From contig JBGARZ010000031.1 in NCBI GenBank assembly GCA_044229975.1, positions 1-42,946 on the forward strand: 42,946 nt of DNA, read 5' to 3'. The notes beneath the pieces were generated by a model. That model did not search any database and was not told where the DNA came from. It saw only the letters and a program-made list of their open reading frames with translations. This DNA comes from Polyangiales bacterium (GTDB lineage Bacteria > Myxococcota_A > Polyangia > Polyangiales > Ga0077539). Each line of letters begins with the position of its first letter. The first letter of the stretch is position 1. The position numbers and the translations under genes were made by a program. This document shows positions 37,239 through 42,946 of the stretch, one piece after another.

Positions 37239-39353
37239 TTGACCAGCGCGCCCGCGCTCGCGCTCACTCGCCGCGTGACCGACGCCCGCACGCGACGCCT
37301 CCTCACCCTCGCCGTCGGCGCCGTGGGTGCGCTGTCGGCGCTCAAGCCCCTGCGCGAGTCCGACCTCTTCTGGCACCTCTCCCTCGGCCGCGCCGTGCTG
37401 CGCGCGGGCGGTCGCGTCGTCCCAGAGCCCACCGCCCTCGCCGCCCTCGGCTCGACCCGCGCCGTGCCCGAGTGGCTCTGGGACGTCATCTCGTACGCCC
37501 TCTGGACCCGCGGCGGCGCCGTCGCCCTCACCCTCCTGATCGCCGCGTTGGGCGCGCTCATCGCCTCGCTCGGCTGGCGCGTCCTGCGCGGCCACGATGC
37601 GTCGCGCCCGCTCGCTCCCGCCGCGCTCTGCCTCGCCCTCGCGCTGCCGTCCCTGCTCGGTCGTGTGCGCGAGCGCCCCGAGGTCGTCGCCCTCGCCCTG
37701 CTGCTCGCGTCGCTGCTCCTGCTCCGTCGCTGGGCCTCTGCGCCCGATCGCCGCGTCGTCACGGGCGCCGCGCTCACCGCGGTCGGCGTCGTGTGGGCCC
37801 AGTGCCATGGGACGGCCCCGCTGCTCGCCGCGATGGTCTTCGTCGCCGTCGCCCCGTCGCTCGTCGACGCGCTCCGACGCCGTTCCGTCGACCGCGCGTC
37901 GCTCGCGCTGCTGCTCGCCGCGACGGTGGGGTGCCTCAGCGGGGCGCAGGGTCCGGGTGCGCTGCTCGCGCTGCGGGCGCACTCGCGCGGCGACGCGGTG
38001 GCCCACCTCGGGGACATGCACCGGCCGACGTGGGAGTCGCTCGATCCGACGGTCGCGGTGATGGGGCCGGCGTTCGTGGCGCTGCTGGTGGTGGGCCTCG
38101 GGGGGATGTTGCTCGCGGGGCGCTGCTGGCCACGTCGACTCGGTTGGGCCGCGCTGGGGTGCGCCATCGCGGCGACGGCGGTGCGTGGGTTTGCACCGGG
38201 GGGGCTGTTGCTGCTGCCGCTCGCGTCGGCGGGGGCGTCGTCGCTGTGGGACGCGGCGCGCTCGCGCTGGGGCGGTCGCGCGGAGCTGGTGACGGCGCTG
38301 GCGGTGCTGGCGGTGCTGGCGCGAGGCGCGGTGTGGTTCGAGGCGCGGCAGGGGCCCATCGGGGAGATCGGGGTCGCGCCGTTGTCGCAGCCCATGGGGG
38401 CAGTCGCGACGCTACGAACGCTGCCGCGGGGGAGCGCGGTGTACGCCTCCGTCGACGCGGCGGCGGCGCTGGGTTTTGCGCTGGATGGACACGCTCGAAC
38501 GCTGGCCGACACGCGCATCCCGATGCACTTCGACGACCTGGAGTTTGCGGTGAGCCGCGACGTTCAGCGGGGGACCGGACCGGCGGCGGCGCTGGTGCGC
38601 TACGACGTGCGGGCGGCGGTGGTGGAGCGCGAGTCGGGGGTGTGCGCGTGGTTCGCGGGAGACCCGCGGTGGCGGGCGGTGCAGCTCGCGGGGGCGTGGA
38701 CGGTGTTCGTGCGGGCGGACGTCGCGGAGGGCGGAGTGAGGGTGGTGGGGTGGTCGCCGTGCGGCGCGCGGTGGGCGTTGCCGCGCGGGTGCTCGCCGGA
38801 TGATGTGGTGGAGGCGAACGCGCTGATGTCTCGGCTGCCACGCGACGAGGCGCTGGCGTTGGGCACGGAGGTCGACCTGGCGTGTGGAGGCCCTGTACGA
38901 CCGGGCGCGGCGGAGATGCTCGCGGGAGCGAGTCCGACGGGCCCGACGAGCGGGTGGACGCGGACGCTGCGGGCGCGGTTGGCGGTGCGGCAGGGGCGGA
39001 TGGACGACGCGCTGGCGGACGCGATGGCGCTGTGCGCGGAGGGCAGACTGGACGCGCTGTCGGCGGTGGCGCCCGCGCTGCAACGGGCGGGGCGCACGGC
39101 GGACCTGCGCGCGTTGCTGGAGGCCGCAGTGGCGGTGATGGACGACGGGGCGCCAGGGGACCTGCGGGCGGATCTGGCGAGCGTGCTCGCGACGCTAGGC
39201 GACGCCGAGGGGGCGCGGTTTCATGCGACGCGGGCAGCGGCGCTGGGGAGCGCGCGGGCGGCGCCGGTGCTGCGCTGGGTGGCGCGGCGACACCCGGACG
39301 CGAGGGCGAGGGCGGACGCGGCGGCGTGGGAGCGGGCGCTCAGGGCGGAGTAG
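37239..39353 (+). CDS. Hypothetical polytopic membrane protein (possible GT-C fold) with helical C-terminus
   Basis: DLFWHL.LG, EWLW, RP, W..HG motifs and many TM segments; start uncertain (TTG 37239 or GTG 37275). Confidence 0.6.
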   Translation: MTSAPALALTRRVTDARTRRLLTLAVGAVGALSALKPLRESDLFWHLSLGRAVLRAGGRVVPEPTALAALGSTRAVPEWLWDVISYALWTRGGAVALTLLIAALGALIASLGWRVLRGHDASRPLAPAALCLALALPSLLGRVRERPEVVALALLLASLLLLRRWASAPDRRVVTGAALTAVGVVWAQCHGTAPLLAAMVFVAVAPSLVDALRRRSVDRASLALLLAATVGCLSGAQGPGALLALRAHSRGDAVAHLGDMHRPTWESLDPTVAVMGPAFVALLVVGLGGMLLAGRCWPRRLGWAALGCAIAATAVRGFAPGGLLLLPLASAGASSLWDAARSRWGGRAELVTALAVLAVLARGAVWFEARQGPIGEIGVAPLSQPMGAVATLRTLPRGSAVYASVDAAAALGFALDGHARTLADTRIPMHFDDLEFAVSRDVQRGTGPAAALVRYDVRAAVVERESGVCAWFAGDPRWRAVQLAGAWTVFVRADVAEGGVRVVGWSPCGARWALPRGCSPDDVVEANALMSRLPRDEALALGTEVDLACGGPVRPGAAEMLAGASPTGPTSGWTRTLRARLAVRQGRMDDALADAMALCAEGRLDALSAVAPALQRAGRTADLRALLEAAVAVMDDGAPGDLRADLASVLATLGDAEGARFHATRAAALGSARAAPVLRWVARRHPDARARADAAAWERALRAE

Positions 39354-39354
39354 A

Positions 39355-39393
39355 GGGTGGGGACAACGTGAAAAGCTGAAACCGTCCCCACCC
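39355..39393. terminator. Stem-loop between convergent genes
   Basis: GGGTGGGGAC / GTCCCCACCC 10-bp stem, 19-nt loop; no U-tract. Confidence 0.45.
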
Positions 39394-39428
39394 CGTCGCT
39401 GCGTCTGTCCCCGCCCCCGCCGCTGCGC

Positions 39429-40610
39429 CTACTGCCCCGTCGCCCAGACGTTGAGCCGGTAGGACTCCTGGTCGGTGTCGTCGACGGCGTAGGTCGCGAC
39501 GCCGGTCGCCGGGCACGAGACGTCGGTGGCGACGTTGCCCTGCGTGGCGAGGGCCGACCCGATGTCCGAGTCGCTGTCGTCGTAGCGGTAGACGCGCGCC
39601 CCGTGGCCGACCACCAGCCGCGTGAAGGTAAGCCGCACGCACGACGCGCCGAGCCTCCCGCGGTCGACCACCGCGATCACGCGGCGGAAGCGATTGCGCG
39701 CCACCTCGATCACCGGGTCATGCAGCGGCGGCGGATCGGCCCCGTGCAGCACACCCGCGATCACCTCCCGCGCGTTGACCGGCAGCCCGAGTCCCCACCG
39801 GTCGCCCGGCGGAACAAACGGGTCCACCTTCGGATTCACCGGCTCCTCCAGGCGCCCGCGCACGGCTTCGTACAGTCGTCGGTAGGTCGTCGCGTTGGCC
39901 GGAACCAACCGCGCCCCCGCGAGCGTGATGTCGATGGGCGCCCCGAGCGAGCGCGCGTTGGCCGCCATCGCAGCTCCGCCAAGCACGGCCGGCTCCGGAC
40001 CCAGGTCCGCGAGCCCGCGCGCCGACAGCTCGCCGCGGGTGAGCGCCGTCGGCCCGCCCACGCGCGTCCATGGTCCTCGATACACCGCGTAGTGCAGCAC
40101 CGCGTCGCGAAACACCGAGTCGGACACCGGGTCGAGCGACCGCGTCTCGGCGACGGCGATGGCCGACCCTGGCGTCCAATTGCACCACTGGGTCTGTGCA
40201 GCGAGGCCCTCGTTGCCCTGATGAACCGACAGCGGCCGGGTCGGGTACAGCGTGATGCGCGACGAGTCGGCCGCCGGGTTCTGCAAGGCCACCGCGCGCG
40301 GAGCCTGGTAGCCGCGCACCGACACGATCACCGCGACGCACTCCTGCGCCCCGAGCGCGATCGGCCGACGCCACACCCCGAGGCCGCTGACGGCCGTGAC
40401 GGGCGCCTCTCCCTCCTCGGCGAGCGTCATCCCGAGCTGCGTGGCCGCGGTGCGCTCGACGTCGAAGGCCGCCGCTGCCTCGGCCGCGGTGATCGCACGC
40501 AGCGGCGGCGGGGGCAGGCGCTCCCGCATCCCGAAGGCCACCGCCATCGACGCGAACATCGCCCCCACCAGCGACACGGCCAGACCCAGCACTCGCAGCA
40601 CGGAGCTCAT
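39429..40610 (-). CDS. Hypothetical protein with N-terminal membrane anchor
   Basis: Long codon-biased ORF with hydrophobic N-terminus. Confidence 0.65.
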   Translation of the reverse strand: MSSVLRVLGLAVSLVGAMFASMAVAFGMRERLPPPPLRAITAAEAAAAFDVERTAATQLGMTLAEEGEAPVTAVSGLGVWRRPIALGAQECVAVIVSVRGYQAPRAVALQNPAADSSRITLYPTRPLSVHQGNEGLAAQTQWCNWTPGSAIAVAETRSLDPVSDSVFRDAVLHYAVYRGPWTRVGGPTALTRGELSARGLADLGPEPAVLGGAAMAANARSLGAPIDITLAGARLVPANATTYRRLYEAVRGRLEEPVNPKVDPFVPPGDRWGLGLPVNAREVIAGVLHGADPPPLHDPVIEVARNRFRRVIAVVDRGRLGASCVRLTFTRLVVGHGARVYRYDDSDSDIGSALATQGNVATDVSCPATGVATYAVDDTDQESYRLNVWATGQ

Positions 40611-40683
40611 GGCAACCCGCCGAATCTCTCACACGCGCCGGGCGCCGCGACAGGGCGGACTTCGGGGTATCGTCGCGGGCGCC

Positions 40684-41898
40684 ATGAAGCGACGCTCTCG
40701 TTGGATCGCGCTCGGTTTCCTGCTTCAGGCCCACGCCGCGTGGTCGCAGCAGACGGGCGGTCGCTTCGGTGGCTCCAACTGGGGCGCCCCGCCGCCCAGC
40801 GCCCCGCCACCGTCGGCCCCCTCGCTCGCGCCGATGCCACCGCCGATGCCACCGCCGATGCCACCGTCGCCGTCGATGCCCTCGATGCCCTCGATGCCGC
40901 CGTCACCGGCCCCGACCGTCGCTGCGCCGTCGATGCCCGCGCCGCCGCCACCGCCAGAGGCGCCGCCCATGCACGCGACCAGCTACCGACGCCCCGCGCC
41001 CGTCGACCTCGCGCCGACCGAGCGCCCGGGCACCCACCCCGTCGACGACGCCGAGTTCCGCATCGCCCACCCGTCGAGGGATTACAACCAGCGGTATGGC
41101 CCGACGCGCACGCTCGCGGGCCTCGCCACGGGCGGTGTCGTCTTCGGCCTCGGCGCCGCGCTCACCCTCTGGCTCACCCGCTCCGGGGGAGCCTCGCGCC
41201 CGACGCACCGCGCCCCCGCGGCCTACCGCGCGCCCGTCGCCGCCGGCCATCCGGGCGTCGAGGTGCGCCGCATCTCCGTCGCCTTCGACTGGAGCGTCCG
41301 CGGGTACATCCAGCAGACCCTCGACGGCGTGGCGGGCTCCGTCGACATGAGCTCCCCGCAGGGCCTCCACGCCGCTGCCAGGGCCGCGTGCGACGCCATG
41401 GCCGGCGCCCACAAGGGGGCGCGCTACGCCTCATTTCAGGGCTGGTCACTCGACCCGGCGCGGGGGCAGCAGGTGTTCGGTCAGCTCGCCGACGCGCTGC
41501 GCGGTCGGTACACGGCGGAGTCCGTCGACAACGCCCGGCGGGTGGCGGCGCCGAAGCTGACCGCACGCGTCGAGGAGGGCGCCGGGCTCGTGGTGGTGAC
41601 GCTGCTGGTGGCGGTGAAGGGCCCGCTGCCGCCACTGCCCCAGGTGCTCAACCTCCCGTCGCTGCTGTCCGCGCTCGACGGGCTCGTCCCGCTGCGCGCC
41701 GACCTGCTGGCGGCGCTGGAGGTGGTGTGGTCGCCGGCCGCCTCCGACGACCGCATGTCCTCGGCCGAGCTCGAAGTGCTCTACCCCGAGCTGCTTCGCC
41801 TGGACGACTCCGCCGCGCTGGGCCGTCGGGTCTGCGGCTCGTGCCACGCGGTGTACGCCGGTGAGCTCGGCCGCTGCCCCGCCTGCGGCGCGGTGTAG
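40684..41898 (+). CDS. DUF1517-family protein with Pro-rich linker and C-terminal zinc ribbon
   Basis: GGRFGGS, VVVTLLVA, ALEVVWSP...DRMS..EL...YPEL; CGSC..CPAC. Confidence 0.78.
   Translation: MKRRSRWIALGFLLQAHAAWSQQTGGRFGGSNWGAPPPSAPPPSAPSLAPMPPPMPPPMPPSPSMPSMPSMPPSPAPTVAAPSMPAPPPPPEAPPMHATSYRRPAPVDLAPTERPGTHPVDDAEFRIAHPSRDYNQRYGPTRTLAGLATGGVVFGLGAALTLWLTRSGGASRPTHRAPAAYRAPVAAGHPGVEVRRISVAFDWSVRGYIQQTLDGVAGSVDMSSPQGLHAAARAACDAMAGAHKGARYASFQGWSLDPARGQQVFGQLADALRGRYTAESVDNARRVAAPKLTARVEEGAGLVVVTLLVAVKGPLPPLPQVLNLPSLLSALDGLVPLRADLLAALEVVWSPAASDDRMSSAELEVLYPELLRLDDSAALGRRVCGSCHAVYAGELGRCPACGAV
40831..40899 (+). repeat. Short in-frame tandem repeats (CCGATGCCACCG x3; TCGATGCCS x3)
   Basis: Directly visible; encode PMPP and SMP. 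Confidence 0.85.
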
Positions 41899-41975
41899 CA
41901 AAGCCTCCATCGACCTTTTCATTGAGGACAACGACCGCCGTCACCCGACGGCGACCTTTCCTCATGCGATTTTTC

Positions 41976-42010
41976 TTGCCACATCTTCTTCAGGGTGTAT
42001 AAAGGGCGCG
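41976..42010 (+). promoter_or_regulatory. Sigma70-type promoter for the tRNA cluster
   Basis: TTGCCA (41976-41981), 16 nt, TATAAA (41998-42003), then GC-rich discriminator GGGCGCG, in an AT-rich patch. Confidence 0.6.
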
Positions 42011-42171
42011 AATCGAGTCCTCACCATGCACCCCGTCCACACCACCCATGACGTCACCGACACCCGGGCAAGCGGCCCGGTGGTTGTGCGTTCGTGCGCA
42101 GTGGCGACGGCGGCGCACATCGGCCATCGGCGCTGGCGAAGCACCGACGCCTCCAAGAATGTCTCCCGTGA

Positions 42172-42243
42172 AGGGGGAGTCCTGGTGGACGGTGCGGTCT
42201 CCAAAACCGCGCGGCTCGATGGGTTCGATCCCCACGCTCCCTG
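42172..42243 (+). tRNA. Atypical tRNA-Trp(CCA)-like gene or pseudo-tRNA
   Basis: GCGGT-CTCCAAA-ACCGC anticodon arm, TTCGATC T-loop, A1-U72/G73; truncated D region; no encoded CCA. Confidence 0.65.
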
Positions 42244-42355
42244 CTCGTCCGCGAGCGCTCACCGTCGACAGCAACGCGATCGACAGCAGCGGCTGCAACG
42301 CCAACGTGGCGCCGTCACTGCTCGATTTACCGCGTCCGCGTAGTCAGTCTGACGC

Positions 42356-42429
42356 GCGGGGGTAGCTCAGTCGGTAGAGCGCCGGATTGAAAATCCGGAG
42401 GTCAGGGGTTCAAGTCCCCTTCGCCCGCA
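42356..42429 (+). tRNA. tRNA-Phe(GAA), one extra base on the 3' side of the acceptor stem
   Basis: TAGCTCAGTCGGTAGAGC D-arm, CCGGA-TTGAAAA-TCCGG, AGGGG-TTCAAGT-CCCCT. Confidence 0.9.
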
Positions 42430-42484
42430 CTCGCGACCTGACGGCGGACATCGATCACAGTGGCGGCCTCGCGGGGAAGTCTCC

Positions 42485-42558
42485 TCCGGCGTCGTCCAAC
42501 AGGCATAGGACGCGGTTCTTTGGAAGCCGTCATCCTGGTTCGAATCCAGGCGCCGGAA
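42485..42558 (+). tRNA. tRNA-Gln(UUG)
   Basis: TCCGGCG/CGCCGGA acceptor, CGGTT-CTTTGGA-AGCCG, CCTGG-TTCGAAT-CCAGG. Confidence 0.9.
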
Positions 42559-42624
42559 CCGCCTTGTCGATTGGGGACTTATCCTCCATCGAAAGGGATC
42601 GTTGTGCCTTGTGATCGTCCGTCT

Positions 42625-42698
42625 TCGGGGTTCGTTCAATGGTAGGACGCGGGCTTCTGGCGCCCGCTATGGGGGTTCGATTCCCTCACCCCGAACCA
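42625..42698 (+). tRNA. tRNA-Gln(CUG) with encoded CCA
   Basis: TCGGGGT/ACCCCGA acceptor, CGGGC-TTCTGGC-GCCCG, GGGGG-TTCGATT-CCCTC, ACCA. Confidence 0.93.
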
Positions 42699-42769
42699 CC
42701 ACACCCATTGGTTGCACGTTGGCGGGCCTCACGCCCATCCCTCTCAAAGTCACCAAGTCCGCTTGCAGA

Positions 42770-42807
42770 CCGGGGTTGGTCGCGTCTCGCGCCTGCACCC
42801 CGGGCCA
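42770..42807 (+). ncRNA. Candidate CCA-ended mini-hairpin RNA (acceptor-stem mimic) 1
   Basis: 7-bp CCGGGGT/ACCCCGG followed by unpaired G-CCA; inner GG(T)CGCG/CGCGCC helix. Confidence 0.35.
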
Positions 42808-42818
42808 GCGATCGGCAT

Positions 42819-42857
42819 AGGGGCGGCCCCTCCGTGAGGAGGAGCCGACCCCTGCCA
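42819..42857 (+). ncRNA. Candidate CCA-ended mini-hairpin RNA (acceptor-stem mimic) 2
   Basis: AGGGG/CCCCT + CGGC/GCCG + CCTCC-GTGA-GGAGG, followed by G-CCA. Confidence 0.35.
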
Positions 42858-42946
42858 CACCACCGGACAAGCGGGTCCGCATCCGGCGGTTCGGACGGTT
42901 GAGGTCACCTCCGTAGCCTCCACAACCCGAGGCTGTCGAACCAACT

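Noticed and set aside
42172..42243. tRNA-Sec or tRNA-Pyl
   Set aside because: Anticodon is CCA, not UCA or CUA; no long variable arm; no sel or pyl genes in the window
42356..42946. Prophage/ICE attachment site or protein-coding ORFs across the tRNAs
   Set aside because: No integrase or duplicated tRNA 3' end visible; the short ORFs overlap clear tRNA structures and lack codon bias

Overview
Very GC-rich (by eye >70%) bacterial chromosomal window, most likely Myxococcota/Polyangiales-like. That lineage call is an inference from the Asp-rich lipoprotein tethers, the FHA-sigma54 activator, the Uma2 protein and the DUF1517 protein. It holds about 36 credible CDSs. Housekeeping genes: lnt, trmB, pyrH, pth, menB, pabB/trpE-like and glpA/glpB-like. 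Others include many lipoproteins (di-heme beta-propeller, carboxylesterase, clan-A glycoside hydrolase, RCC1, DUF3105, two small Cys-motif paralogs), a pentaheme cytochrome, a P450-MATE pair, a hybrid PAS kinase and a rhomboid. Two unrelated long intergenic inverted repeats are present (89-bp perfect arms; about 104-bp imperfect arms). The last ~1 kb is the start of a non-coding operon cut by the window edge. It has a sigma70-like promoter, a possible leader ORF with RRWR, a non-canonical tRNA-Trp(CCA)-like gene, tRNA-Phe(GAA) with an acceptor bulge, tRNA-Gln(UUG) and tRNA-Gln(CUG). These are followed by short hairpins ending in NCCA that look like acceptor-stem mimics. This tRNA/tRNA-mimic operon is the best candidate for an undescribed system. 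All calls come from motif reading only; no database searches were run.
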